Assembly: GCA_050949315.1 (NCBI GenBank)
Contig: JBMNFL010000001.1
Location: forward strand, 672,001 to 736,000
Length of the DNA: 64,000 nucleotides
Reading direction: 5' to 3'
DNA from: Bacilli bacterium
GTDB lineage: Bacteria > Bacillota_I > Bacilli_A > RFN20 > UBA1709
The position numbers were made by a program, and so were the translations under genes. The notes beneath the pieces were generated by a model that saw only the letters and a program-made list of their open reading frames with translations, ran no database searches and was not told the origin of the DNA. Shown here piece by piece: positions 29,398 through 39,429 of the stretch; positions within the stretch are counted from its first letter, which is position 1; each line of letters opens with the position of its first letter.

Positions 29398-30072
29398 TTA
29401 ATTAAAATCGGCAAGAGTTTTTCGGCTTTTTTTGCGGTTTTTATGTATAGCAACAACTAAAATCTTCAAAGTTCTTCTATGTGGGGGTTTAATTAAATTT
29501 ATACAGGCCTTTAAAGTCTCTCCCGTTGTCATAATATCATCAACGATTAAATATTTTTTCGTGGGATCTAATTCTTTATTTATTTTTAAAACTTTTCTAA
29601 TATAAGTCCGCTTTGTTTGACTCTTTCCGCTCTGTTTCCAACTTTGGGTTTTAACAAAGGCTTTTTCAATTGGTAACCGTAAAATTTTAGCAATTTCATA
29701 AACGTGATTGAAAGTACGCAAACGGTCTTGACTACTAATAGACGGCACAGGAAGAATGGTATAGCCTGTATACTTTAAACGTAAAAATCCAGCAATTGGT
29801 CCAAAAAAGATTTTAGCAATTTCACGATCACCATTAACTTTTAAAGCTAATAAAGAATCCTTAATCAAACCACTATATTCGTAAATAGCTAATCCAGGTA
29901 TGCCAATTAAATTGAAGTGTTGGTAGATGAAAGGCATTTTTTTATAACAGTTTTGACAAAGTCCAAATTTTGCATAGATGGTTTGACTGTCTTTAGCTTT
30001 CATGACTTTACTACAACACAAACAACGCGTTTTAAGAAAGGCGCAGGCAATTGTTTTTATCAACAATTTCAT
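29398..30072 (-). CDS. comFC: ComF-family protein ComFC (zinc ribbon plus phosphoribosyltransferase-like domain)
   Basis: CLCC and CQNC zinc pairs, RTFNH, LIVDDIMTTGETL; follows comFA; exact start uncertain. Confidence 0.8.
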   Translation of the reverse strand: MKLLIKTIACAFLKTRCLCCSKVMKAKDSQTIYAKFGLCQNCYKKMPFIYQHFNLIGIPGLAIYEYSGLIKDSLLALKVNGDREIAKIFFGPIAGFLRLKYTGYTILPVPSISSQDRLRTFNHVYEIAKILRLPIEKAFVKTQSWKQSGKSQTKRTYIRKVLKINKELDPTKKYLIVDDIMTTGETLKACINLIKPPHRRTLKILVVAIHKNRKKSRKTLADFN

Positions 30073-31147
30073 TGATTGCCCTTTCCATGTCTTTAGTAAC
30101 TTCTGTCGCAAAAAAGATAACTTGTCCCATTGGTGTTTCTTTTTTCCGACCTACTCGACCTTCAATTTGAATAAGGGTTCGATAATCAAAAATCGGATGT
30201 TCACTTCCAAAAACGGCAACTTGTAGATCCTTAATCGTTATGCCTCTTTCTAAAATGGTGGTCGCGATAATCGTTTTATACTTCCCCGCTTTAATTGCTC
30301 GATATAAGGCGGTTTTGTTTGAACTCTCACTAGTAAAGAGCCTAGCAAACACAAGAAGGTAGCGCAGTCTTCTTTGAAGTTTTTCTCCGCCTTTGATTGT
30401 GGGAACAAAAATAATTTTAGGTCTGGCTTTGTTTTTATGGATAAAGGCCAATAATTTTAAAAAAAGCATAAGGCGATTGCCTAATATAATCCTAGGGATT
30501 GGCAAATCATACTGATGATATCTTTTTCTTAGTTCAAGATAGGCTTTACCAAAAAGTTCCTCTTCGCTAAAAGTTGCACTTAAGTAAATCTTTTTCCCGT
30601 AACAAGTTCGTTTTACAATCCTTAACAAAGTTTCATCACCTTTTAAAGGAAAAGCGTCGTATTCATCTAAAATTAATAAACCAAACTTGTTTTGATAACG
30701 ATGACATTGATGAGCGGTTAAGACGATGATGTCCCCATCAAGGTACTCGTTATGACCACCATAAACTAAAGTGATTTGTAACTTAGGATAAACTTCTTTT
30801 AAGCGACTGTGAATTTCCTTAACAACCTCGCGCCGAGGAATAACAAAACCTACTCGATAGCCTTTAGCTAGCGCCGCATCAATGCTTTTGAAAACCATTT
30901 CTGTCTTACCGCTACCACAAACAGCGTTGATGTAGACTTCTTGTTTTTCTTCCAAAATAGCAGCCGCCACTTTTTCTTGATTTTTACTCAAAGAATATTT
31001 AAGCTGCGGGCTAACTAATTTGGCTTTGATGTACTTGCTAATCTTGGCTTTTTTCCCCTTAAACTTAATACAGGCGCGACAATATACTTGCCCGTTTTTA
31101 TAGCCAAACAAACTTTCTTTTGTGTTTCCACATCTCTTGCAATAAAT
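30032..31147 (-). CDS. comFA: ComFA DEAD/DEAH-like competence helicase
   Basis: CKRC...CRAC zinc finger, AVCGSGKTE, PRREV, DEYDAFP, SAT, TTILERGIT, QIEGRVGR; frame extended to ATT 31147 to include the first CxxC. Confidence 0.88.
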   Translation of the reverse strand: MYCKRCGNTKESLFGYKNGQVYCRACIKFKGKKAKISKYIKAKLVSPQLKYSLSKNQEKVAAAILEEKQEVYINAVCGSGKTEMVFKSIDAALAKGYRVGFVIPRREVVKEIHSRLKEVYPKLQITLVYGGHNEYLDGDIIVLTAHQCHRYQNKFGLLILDEYDAFPLKGDETLLRIVKRTCYGKKIYLSATFSEEELFGKAYLELRKRYHQYDLPIPRIILGNRLMLFLKLLAFIHKNKARPKIIFVPTIKGGEKLQRRLRYLLVFARLFTSESSNKTALYRAIKAGKYKTIIATTILERGITIKDLQVAVFGSEHPIFDYRTLIQIEGRVGRKKETPMGQVIFFATEVTKDMERAINEIVDKNNCLRLS

Positions 31148-31205
31148 ATTTTCACCCCCTCATCTATTACATAGGGACGAAAAACAAAAACTCCTAAATT
31201 ATTTT

Positions 31206-31242
31206 AAAAAAGAAAAAACGGTTGTCTTTGAAAGAACAACCG
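31206..31242 (-). terminator. Intrinsic terminator of the MFS gene
   Basis: CGGTTGT...ACAACCG stem with adjacent A-run (U-tract on the minus strand). Confidence 0.75.
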
Positions 31243-31272
31243 CATTATTTGTTTTATTAATTAAATATGTTT

Positions 31273-32916
31273 CTAATCTTCTAAAGCTTCAAAACTTTCT
31301 AATTTCTTTTTGGGGATAGGTTTAGAATCACCATGTTTAACAAGGGACATAGTAGAAAAAGCTAAAACGCAGAAAACACAACAGTAAGGGAATAAGACCG
31401 TCATGGTTCCAAAACCATCCATAATTAAACCCGAAAGAATCGGTGTGGCAATCTGGGCAGCCATCGAAGCCGTGTAATAAATACCGGTATATTTACCAAC
31501 ATTTGCTCCTTGACTCATCTCCACCACCATGGGGAAAGAGTTGACATTTATCGTGGCCCAACCAATACCGGCCAAAGCCATAACTGCGTAGACAAGAATT
31601 TTTCCTAAACCGCTGGGCTCAACTAAAAAACAACCAATAAAGAAAGCACTAAAAAGAATAGTTATTCCAAGCAAAATAGTTTTTTTGCGTCCTATTTTTG
31701 TGGACAACTGACCGATAGGAATATAAGAAATAATCGCGGCCGCTTGAGCAACAATTAAAGGTAGTGAATAACCAGTATTTAAAACTGTCGTTGCATAAAC
31801 CGAGAATTTAGAGGTGGCGGCATTATAGGCAAAGAACCAAAAAACAATAGAGGCCAAAATCAAGCCAAAGGATCGAGCCACATCTTTGGGCATTTTTTCC
31901 GAACTAGCAAAACCCTGCTCGTCATCTGCTTCTTCTAAACCATACTCCCTTTGTTTCAAATGCATTTCTGCTACCAGTTTAGGTTCATTAACTTTTAATA
32001 GGAAAATTGCAAGAGCCACTAACATAAGCGCCCCTAAAACAATAAAACAAAGTGTGTAAGATCGATATTCTTTCGCTAAAAAATTCGTAAGAATCAAAGC
32101 CGTTACACCACCTGCTGAGCCCATTAAATTTATAATGGCATTAGCCTTACTCCTCAAGGGTTTAGGCGTGACATCTGGCATTAAGGAAACCGCTGGTGTT
32201 CTAAAAATAGACATAGAAACCAAAACTAGACATAGCATGACTAAAAACCCAGCTAAGTAAAAACCATTTACAACACCATCATCTTGAATATGAAAAGAGC
32301 GGGCGCTGGCTGCTAATTCTTTAGTTCGATATAAAGTTTCTGTTCCTTGATAAGTAAAGCCATAAACGCTATTACTAACCCTATCCTCTTTTTCATCAGC
32401 GCGACGACCAAAATTAAATTTACCATCAATAATTTCCGCTTGAATTGCTTCTAGATCATCCTCTTGATGAGAAAAAACTTTGCTAAAAAAGAGCGAGATA
32501 TCGGTTTGAGTCTTTGCCTTTTTGTCCATGACCGTAATCACACTTCCTTCGGCATAGTCTTGCGAAGCAACCGTAACCACCGGATTTATCTGGGCTTCTT
32601 CTACTTGTTTACGCTGAAGATTATCGAAAATCGAAACGGTGACAATTAGAAGCGATGCGCAAATGGTTCCAATCAAAATGTATGGAGTTCTTCGCCCCAT
32701 TTTCGTTTTCGTGCGATCAGACAATACGCCAAAAACCGGTAAAAGAATGATAGCAAAAATATTGTCGGCCGCCATAACTAAGCCTGATAGAGTTTGGTTC
32801 AAACCAAAACTATCGATGAGCATTTTGGCAATGACATTGTCATAGACTTGCCAAAACATACAAATCAAAAGAAAAGCAAAACCGACATAAATTGTTTTTT
32901 TCGTGTTGAGTTTCAT
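31273..32916 (-). CDS. MFS/GPH-type sugar transporter with a large inserted soluble loop
   Basis: GVLSDRTKTKMGRRTPY, RTPAVSLMPD, RSKANAIINLMG, GKYTGIYY. Confidence 0.85.
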   Translation of the reverse strand: MKLNTKKTIYVGFAFLLICMFWQVYDNVIAKMLIDSFGLNQTLSGLVMAADNIFAIILLPVFGVLSDRTKTKMGRRTPYILIGTICASLLIVTVSIFDNLQRKQVEEAQINPVVTVASQDYAEGSVITVMDKKAKTQTDISLFFSKVFSHQEDDLEAIQAEIIDGKFNFGRRADEKEDRVSNSVYGFTYQGTETLYRTKELAASARSFHIQDDGVVNGFYLAGFLVMLCLVLVSMSIFRTPAVSLMPDVTPKPLRSKANAIINLMGSAGGVTALILTNFLAKEYRSYTLCFIVLGALMLVALAIFLLKVNEPKLVAEMHLKQREYGLEEADDEQGFASSEKMPKDVARSFGLILASIVFWFFAYNAATSKFSVYATTVLNTGYSLPLIVAQAAAIISYIPIGQLSTKIGRKKTILLGITILFSAFFIGCFLVEPSGLGKILVYAVMALAGIGWATINVNSFPMVVEMSQGANVGKYTGIYYTASMAAQIATPILSGLIMDGFGTMTVLFPYCCVFCVLAFSTMSLVKHGDSKPIPKKKLESFEALED

Positions 32917-33141
32917 AGTCTTGAATCTCCTTTTTAAATTACCCTAATTATAACATAGCGCCCCAATTACCAAAACATCAATTTCCCTCGACGGTGAAAA
33001 GTTTTATTTTTCTATCATAAAAAATTAAAGGTGAAACAGCATTGCTCTGCCCTTACTAAGCATAAAAATCATAATGGTTGATCAAAAAAACGAAACCAAA
33101 TTAAAACAATGCAAAAAATCTGTTATCAATTTAATTTTCTT

Positions 33142-34350
33142 TTATTTTTTATTCGTGACTATTTTATACATTGTCCGCATTTCATCACGCCCCATTAATT
33201 TGGGAACTGGGTAAAGGGGGTTGCCTTCGGCTAACGCCCGATCAACCATTGTTTCTAAATCTTCGTCCTTGTATGGTTCTAGATATTTGGGAATCTTCAT
33301 ATATTCATTATATTCACGAATACTCTTGATGAATTTATTAGCCAATTCTTCATCGCTTGCACCATCTAAACCGATTTCTCTAGCTAAAATTGCCAAACTC
33401 TTCCAAACACTTGAACCATAATAATCTAAAACATAGGGTAAAATAACCGCATTAGCATGGCCGTGGGCCGTATGATAAAAACCTCCAAAGGTGTGAGCAA
33501 TTGCATGAACATAACCAACATATGCTCTAGTAAAAGCAACTCCCGCCTTGTAAGCGGCTATCTGCATATTATTCCTAGCCTCTATATTATCTGGTTCGTC
33601 ATAGGCTACTTTGATATTAGCAAAAATAAGTTTAGTTGCCTCTATCGCCATTTTTTTGGTTTTGGAAGTATTACTATGACCAATAAAAGCTTCAACGGCA
33701 TGTGTTAAGGCATCCATTCCTGTTGTCGCTGTAACAAAGGCTGGTAATTTGACTGTCAAAAGAGGATCTAAAACGGCATAATCGGGAATTAAATGCGGAT
33801 CATTAATGGCGTATTTTTCTTTTGTTTTACTATTGGTAACCACAGCCGCCAAAGTCGCTTCACTTCCGGTTCCTGCGGTGGTTGGAACTGCAAACAGTAT
33901 TGGTAATTTTCTACCAACTTTCAATAAGCCCTTCATTTGGGGAATGCTTTTCTTAGGATTTACCACGCGGGCTCCGACCCCTTTAGCACAATCCATTGGC
34001 GATCCCCCACCAAAAGCAATAAGAGCTTGGCAAGAGGCTTCTTTATATTGGGCATAAGCCTCTTCAATATTATCAATGGTCGGATTAGGCACGGTCTTAT
34101 TGTAACAACTATATTTGATTCCTTCTTTTTCTAAAGCCGCAAATAAACCATCTAGCAGCCCTAAATTATAGAGAACTTCATCTGTAACAATTAAAACTGT
34201 CGTTATTTTTAATTCTTTAATTTTTTTAGGAAGTTTTAAAAGACAATTTTCTCCTGTGATAATTTCTGGCTCATCAAAATTTAATAGATAACTGGCTAAA
34301 TAAACAATTTTTTGATAAATACGACAATAAATTTTATAAAATATATTCAT
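33142..34350 (-). CDS. Iron-containing alcohol dehydrogenase
   Basis: GGGSPMDCAK, PTTAGTGSE, DALTHAVE, HAIAH, HGHANA. Confidence 0.92.
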   Translation of the reverse strand: MNIFYKIYCRIYQKIVYLASYLLNFDEPEIITGENCLLKLPKKIKELKITTVLIVTDEVLYNLGLLDGLFAALEKEGIKYSCYNKTVPNPTIDNIEEAYAQYKEASCQALIAFGGGSPMDCAKGVGARVVNPKKSIPQMKGLLKVGRKLPILFAVPTTAGTGSEATLAAVVTNSKTKEKYAINDPHLIPDYAVLDPLLTVKLPAFVTATTGMDALTHAVEAFIGHSNTSKTKKMAIEATKLIFANIKVAYDEPDNIEARNNMQIAAYKAGVAFTRAYVGYVHAIAHTFGGFYHTAHGHANAVILPYVLDYYGSSVWKSLAILAREIGLDGASDEELANKFIKSIREYNEYMKIPKYLEPYKDEDLETMVDRALAEGNPLYPVPKLMGRDEMRTMYKIVTNKK

Positions 34351-34393
34351 TTTTTATGCCCTCCCTTTTTGATTATATAACTAAAGTGTTTGT

Positions 34394-34422
34394 TTGCATA
34401 TATTTTTTATTATGTATATAAT
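34394..34422 (+). promoter_or_regulatory. Sigma-A promoter, likely giving a leaderless yigZ mRNA
   Basis: TTGCAT-17 nt-TATAAT with the ATG 6 nt downstream and no SD. Confidence 0.65.
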
Positions 34423-34428
34423 AAAAGT

Positions 34429-35025
34429 ATGTTAACAGTACTTCAAGAAACGACTTTCTTTTATGAGATTAATAAATCAAAATTCTATACTTTTCTTTTT
34501 CCCATTGAAAATGAAGAAGATTTTAAAATTAGATTAAAAGCTCTTAAAAAAGAACATAATAAAGCGAGGCATCATTGTTATGCTTATATTTTACAAGACA
34601 AACAAAAAAGTAACGATGATAACGAACCCGCTGGCAGCGCCGGTCTTCCTATTTTAGAAAATTTAAAAAATAAGCAATTACAAAATGTTGGTTTAGTTGT
34701 TGTTCGCTATTTTGGTGGAATAAAACTCGGGCGTAGCAATCTTGCTAGAACCTATGGTTTCTGTGCTCAAGAAATTATTAAAGCCGCCCCCATAAAAGAA
34801 GTGGTTGAACAAGCCATTTATGAGGTCGTTTTTGGCTATGATCTTGTTAATGTTGTTGATCGGTTTTTAGAAAAAAGAGCTTTAATTCTCGATAAAAATT
34901 TTGAGGAAGAGGTTTGTTATAAACTTACTTGCCCTGATGAGACTCTAATAAATGAGTTAATTGACACATGTCTTGGCCAAATACAAGTTAAAAAACTAGA
35001 AAATACCGAGCTTGTTATTGGCTAA
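34429..35025 (+). CDS. YigZ/IMPACT family protein
   Basis: EINKSKF, ARHHCYAY, DDNEPAGSAG, VVRYFGGIKLG; start moved to ATG 34429. Confidence 0.9.
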   Translation: MLTVLQETTFFYEINKSKFYTFLFPIENEEDFKIRLKALKKEHNKARHHCYAYILQDKQKSNDDNEPAGSAGLPILENLKNKQLQNVGLVVVRYFGGIKLGRSNLARTYGFCAQEIIKAAPIKEVVEQAIYEVVFGYDLVNVVDRFLEKRALILDKNFEEEVCYKLTCPDETLINELIDTCLGQIQVKKLENTELVIG

Positions 35026-35081
35026 TGAAACTATTAGATGTAGAATATAAGTAACTAAAGAAAATTAAAGGAGGCATACCA

Positions 35082-35981
35082 ATGGAACACAAATTAGATG
35101 AGAAAAAACTAAAAATTATGCGTGAGTCCCCAGGCTTTATTGCCGCGCTTGATCAAAGCGGTGGCAGCACCCCAAAAGCTCTGAGACTCTATGGAATTGA
35201 TGAGACACAGTACCATAACGATGAAGAAATGTTTGACTTAGTTCATGCCATGCGTACTAGAATCATCAAAAGTCCCGCCTTCCGTAGCGAGCACATAGTC
35301 GCCGCCATTCTTTTTGAAATGACAATGAATCGCACTATTGATGGTCGTTACACTGCCGATTATCTTTGGGAAAAGAAAGGTATTATTCCCATTTTAAAAA
35401 TTGATCGTGGTTTGGATAACGAAAAAGACGGTGTCCAACTAATGAAACCTATTATTGGACTTTTCACCACCTTAAACCAGGCCAGAGAAAGAAACATCTT
35501 TGGAACTAAGATGCGTTCAGTTATTAAAAAAGCCAGCGAAGAAGGTATTGTTAAAGTCGTAAAGCAGCAATTTGAATTTGCTAAACAAATCTGCCACGCT
35601 GGGCTTGTCCCAATTATTGAACCTGAAGTTGATATCCATATTCCTGACAAAAAAGAAGCAGAAGTTATTCTAAAAAGAGAATTTAGAAAACACTTAGATA
35701 AATGGGATCCAAACGATAAAATCATGTTTAAATTGACGTTGCCTGATGTCGATAATTTCTATGAAGAACTCTATGAGTATGATTGTGTTGTCCGCGTTGT
35801 GGCTCTATCAGGCGGTTATTCTCGCGAAGTTGCCAACCAAAAATTAGCACGCAATCATCGAGTAAGCGCTAGTTTCTCTCGGGCTTTGACCGAAGGGCTT
35901 AATGTCAAACAAAGCGAGGAAGAATTTAACACTCTTCTCGAAAAATCCGTAACCAGTATTTACGAGGCCTCAATTAAATAA
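35082..35981 (+). CDS. fda: Class I fructose-bisphosphate aldolase (staphylococcal Fda type)
   Basis: GFIAALDQSGGSTPKAL, AILFE, GTKMRSVI, PIIEPEV, KLTLP, ALSGGYSR, SFSRAL. Confidence 0.93.
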   Translation: MEHKLDEKKLKIMRESPGFIAALDQSGGSTPKALRLYGIDETQYHNDEEMFDLVHAMRTRIIKSPAFRSEHIVAAILFEMTMNRTIDGRYTADYLWEKKGIIPILKIDRGLDNEKDGVQLMKPIIGLFTTLNQARERNIFGTKMRSVIKKASEEGIVKVVKQQFEFAKQICHAGLVPIIEPEVDIHIPDKKEAEVILKREFRKHLDKWDPNDKIMFKLTLPDVDNFYEELYEYDCVVRVVALSGGYSREVANQKLARNHRVSASFSRALTEGLNVKQSEEEFNTLLEKSVTSIYEASIK

Positions 35982-35993
35982 CAAAAAGGGAGT

Positions 35994-36911
35994 TCAATTC
36001 CCTTTTTGTTTTTCTAACCCTTTAGCAACATTTGTGGCAGCTATCGCGCCATCACTCGCTGCGGTAATAATTTGCCGCAAACTCTTTTTGATGACATCAC
36101 CGGCACCATAAAGACCTTTAACCTTTGATTCCAAATTTTCATCAACAATTAAATAACCTTCGCTATCTAATAATTCCTTATCTAAAAAACTAGTAGCTGG
36201 ATCAAAACCAATGAAAGGAAAAACAACACTAACAGTTAAATTTTTTTCTTCTTGGTTTTTATTGCTTTTAATAACAACTTTTTCTAAAGTTTTGGTACCA
36301 ACGAATTCTTTGGGTGAATAAGAAAGACATAGTTCAATGTTCTTTGTTTGTCTAATTTTTTGAGCCAAAAAATCTTCGCCTCTAAAATCGTCACGACGAT
36401 GAATAAGATAAATTTTTCTAGCTAAAGGCGCTAAGTATAAAGCCTCTTGTAAAGCGCTATTGCCGCCACCAATAATCGCCATGTCTTTTCCTTTATATAA
36501 GGCCCCATCACAGATGGCACAATAAGAAATACCACGTCCATAAAATTTGTCTTCTCCTGGAATATTTAGCTTTCTTTCTTTAGTTCCTGTTGCCACGATT
36601 ATTTTTTGAGCCCGATAACTTTCATCTTCGCAATCAACAATAAAAATTTCTCCTTCTTTTTGGATACTTTTTACATTTCCATAAATATATTCACTGCCAA
36701 AAGATGAGGCTTGATTAAACATTTTTAAACCGAGTTCTGCACCATTAACTTCACTCACTCCTAAATAGTTTTCTATTTTTTCAGTTCTAGTCATTTTACC
36801 ACCAGGAGCATCGCGTTCAATAATGGCTGTTTTTAAGCCTGCTCGTGTGGCATAAATCGCCGCATTTAATCCTGCCGGCCCCGCCCCAATTATCAATAGA
36901 TCATAAATCAT
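35994..36911 (-). CDS. trxB: Thioredoxin reductase
   Basis: [26 protein letters not shown]; synteny with hprK-lgt. Confidence 0.93.
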   Translation of the reverse strand: MIYDLLIIGAGPAGLNAAIYATRAGLKTAIIERDAPGGKMTRTEKIENYLGVSEVNGAELGLKMFNQASSFGSEYIYGNVKSIQKEGEIFIVDCEDESYRAQKIIVATGTKERKLNIPGEDKFYGRGISYCAICDGALYKGKDMAIIGGGNSALQEALYLAPLARKIYLIHRRDDFRGEDFLAQKIRQTKNIELCLSYSPKEFVGTKTLEKVVIKSNKNQEEKNLTVSVVFPFIGFDPATSFLDKELLDSEGYLIVDENLESKVKGLYGAGDVIKKSLRQIITAASDGAIAATNVAKGLEKQKGN

Positions 36912-37566
36912 TTTTAGCATCCTCCACTATTTCAACAATATCCATCATATCTTCAATAACGCCTGTGGCCCCACAGGCTAATAATTCTTCTAACGGACTT
37001 GTGGCCCATTTGACAGCATAACTTTTAATACCGGCTCTTTTAGCACCAACAATATCATTCGCGGTATCTCCTATCATAATCGCTTCATTGGCCTTTATAT
37101 TTAAAGCTTTCAAGGCCTTATTGAAACTTTCAGGATGAGGTTTAACTTCTTGCACATCTGTGCAACCAATAATAACATCAAAATCTTCTACTAAATTAAA
37201 GACTTTTAAAACTCTAAGTGCACTTATGTGCTGACGAGAAGTTATTACCGCCAAACGAATTCCTTTATTTTTCAAAATCTTAATTAACTTTGCTGTCCTA
37301 GGAACTAACTTGATGTTTTCTTTATTTAAAAGATCATTAGTAGCTAAACGATAACCCGACAATAACAGATCAAAATCATGATCAGGTCCAAAATAATATT
37401 TAAATGAATCCTTAAGCGCTGGACCTAATATCTGTTTATAATCTTCTTCATCAATAGTTTTCTTACTTGGCAAATAACGATCAAATAAATATTTAAAACC
37501 TTTAATAATAACTTCTTGGGTATCAATAAGAGTTCCATCCAAGTCAAAGAAAACGGCCTTAATCAT
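36901..37566 (-). CDS. HAD hydrolase, PpaX-like pyrophosphatase
   Basis: [21 protein letters not shown]; occupies the ppaX position after lgt. Confidence 0.8.
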   Translation of the reverse strand: MIKAVFFDLDGTLIDTQEVIIKGFKYLFDRYLPSKKTIDEEDYKQILGPALKDSFKYYFGPDHDFDLLLSGYRLATNDLLNKENIKLVPRTAKLIKILKNKGIRLAVITSRQHISALRVLKVFNLVEDFDVIIGCTDVQEVKPHPESFNKALKALNIKANEAIMIGDTANDIVGAKRAGIKSYAVKWATSPLEELLACGATGVIEDMMDIVEIVEDAKNDL

Positions 37567-38461
37567 CTGCCTTCTCCTCGCCTTGATTACTATTCTTTTT
37601 AAATTTATTTTTGATTCTTACAAAAACCATCAAGGCTACTCCTAAAAATATAAACACATAACTGGTATAGACAGAAACCGAAGCTCCACCAAGACCATCC
37701 ATAATATACTCAGGATTTCTAAGTGGTTCCAATATGGCACGACAAGCACCATACCAAATTAAATACAAACCAGATAAGTCGCCTTTATGATAACCTTTTT
37801 TCCAAAAGATACGAAGAATGATAGAAATAAGAACCCAACCGACTAAGTTAATTAAACTCTCGTAAAGAAATAAGGGTTGAGCGATTTCATCTGAAGAACA
37901 CTTAATCCCGGCACCGACATACTCGCCGAAACCACCATTCCCTCCCGCCATTTGCTCTTTAATAAAGTTGGGCAGCCAAGAAAGTTCGCTTGGATTAACA
38001 CAACTTCCATAAACTTCTTGATTAAAAAAGTTGCCCCAACGACCAAGAACTTGGGCAATTAAAATGTTGGGAATGGCCGCATCCATAGCAAAAAATAAGT
38101 TGACTTTTTTATAGCGCTTAAGCGCGACAATAATGCCGACTAAAACTCCCAAAATCACGCCACCTTGAATAGCTAAGCCGCCTTCCCAAATCTTAAAAAA
38201 ACCAAGAAAATCGCCATGGTGCCACGGTGAACTACTATCAGCAATACACCACCATAAGCGGGCACCAATTAAGCCGGAAGGAAAAGTGATAAAAAAGAGA
38301 GTTTCAAAAATCTCCTTAGGATAACCTCCTCTTTTCATCGCCCACTGCGAAAATGCAAGCGTTAATAAGGCGCCAACAAGGATACAAAGTGCATACCAGC
38401 GAACCGAAAAGTTCCCAATCTCAAAGAGAACGGGACTAATTTTACCTAAAACATTTATCAT
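37559..38461 (-). CDS. lgt: Prolipoprotein diacylglyceryl transferase
   Basis: RWYA, GARL, WEGGLAIQGG, GRWGNFFNQE, FLYES. Confidence 0.95.
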   Translation of the reverse strand: MINVLGKISPVLFEIGNFSVRWYALCILVGALLTLAFSQWAMKRGGYPKEIFETLFFITFPSGLIGARLWWCIADSSSPWHHGDFLGFFKIWEGGLAIQGGVILGVLVGIIVALKRYKKVNLFFAMDAAIPNILIAQVLGRWGNFFNQEVYGSCVNPSELSWLPNFIKEQMAGGNGGFGEYVGAGIKCSSDEIAQPLFLYESLINLVGWVLISIILRIFWKKGYHKGDLSGLYLIWYGACRAILEPLRNPEYIMDGLGGASVSVYTSYVFIFLGVALMVFVRIKNKFKKNSNQGEEKADD

Positions 38462-39393
38462 TTACTCTTTTCTCCTTGAGCTAATTTATCATAGTTTTCC
38501 ATAAATTCTTTGGTGGCATTATGACCCATCGTTCTATCATTTAAAGTCATGGCCGCCACTTCTACAATATCGGCCATATTGCGCCCAGTAGAAACTGGGA
38601 GCTTGACTGTGGGTATTTTTAAACCAATAACCTCTTCATAATGCAAAGCATCGCTTAGACGATTTCCTTTCTTTGCCTCTTCTGGTGTCACTAAATCAAT
38701 AATGTAGTTGAGTTCTGAATTTTCTGAAACTGCAGTAATTCCAAAAAGACGATAAACATCGATAATGCCTAAACCCCGAACTTCTAATAAATTTTTCTGA
38801 TGTTCTGGGGCCTTGCCATATAAATGGTGTTCGCGCCGATAAACAAGAACCGAATCATCCGCAATTAAACGATGGCCACGTCTGATTAACTCTAATGCGA
38901 TCTCGCTTTTTCCAATACCACTCGGTCCTCTTAGTAAAAGTCCTGAACCGTAAACCGAAACCAAGGTTCCATGCAACAATTTTTGCCGTGCTAATTTTGA
39001 AATAGCAAAAGAATAAATATCAAAAGAGATGACCGGTGCTTTATTATCATCTAGTAAAATAACAAAATCCTTGGCTCTAGCCACTTTTTCTAAACCAGCT
39101 GGGCAAGGGTAATTATCGCCAATAACAATAAAAGGCGTTTTCTCATTGGTTAAATATTCAAAACATTCTTTTTGCTTATCTTCGGGTAATTTAGAGATAA
39201 ACACGCATTCTTTTTCACCTAAAACAATGCCACAAGTTGGGTTGAAATTATAATAAAAACCTATTAATTCCAGCCCAGGAACAATAGCATCAGGATTGAT
39301 AATTTCTTTTTCAAGAGCCTTTTCGCTACCAACAAAGACTCTGTACTTATAAGCAGCTACTAACTCTCTAACATGTAAAGGATTGTTTGCCAT
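38458..39393 (-). CDS. hprK: HPr kinase/phosphorylase
   Basis: HG, GPSGIGKSE, LIADD, LEVRGLGII, GRN. Confidence 0.93.
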   Translation of the reverse strand: MANNPLHVRELVAAYKYRVFVGSEKALEKEIINPDAIVPGLELIGFYYNFNPTCGIVLGEKECVFISKLPEDKQKECFEYLTNEKTPFIVIGDNYPCPAGLEKVARAKDFVILLDDNKAPVISFDIYSFAISKLARQKLLHGTLVSVYGSGLLLRGPSGIGKSEIALELIRRGHRLIADDSVLVYRREHHLYGKAPEHQKNLLEVRGLGIIDVYRLFGITAVSENSELNYIIDLVTPEEAKKGNRLSDALHYEEVIGLKIPTVKLPVSTGRNMADIVEVAAMTLNDRTMGHNATKEFMENYDKLAQGEKSK

Positions 39394-39429
39394 AATCTAA
39401 TCTCCTTTTGCATTATAGCACAAACTGTG

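Noticed and set aside
31160-31200. ComX/SigH-type competence promoter before comFA (AGGAG, T-rich tract, TATGTAATA on the minus strand)
   Set aside because: Only a partial match to TACGAATA or SigH consensus, and no second copy in the window to support it.
32917-33141. 225-nt intergenic region as a possible sRNA or riboswitch
   Set aside because: I could not find a convincing stem set, terminator or known motif.
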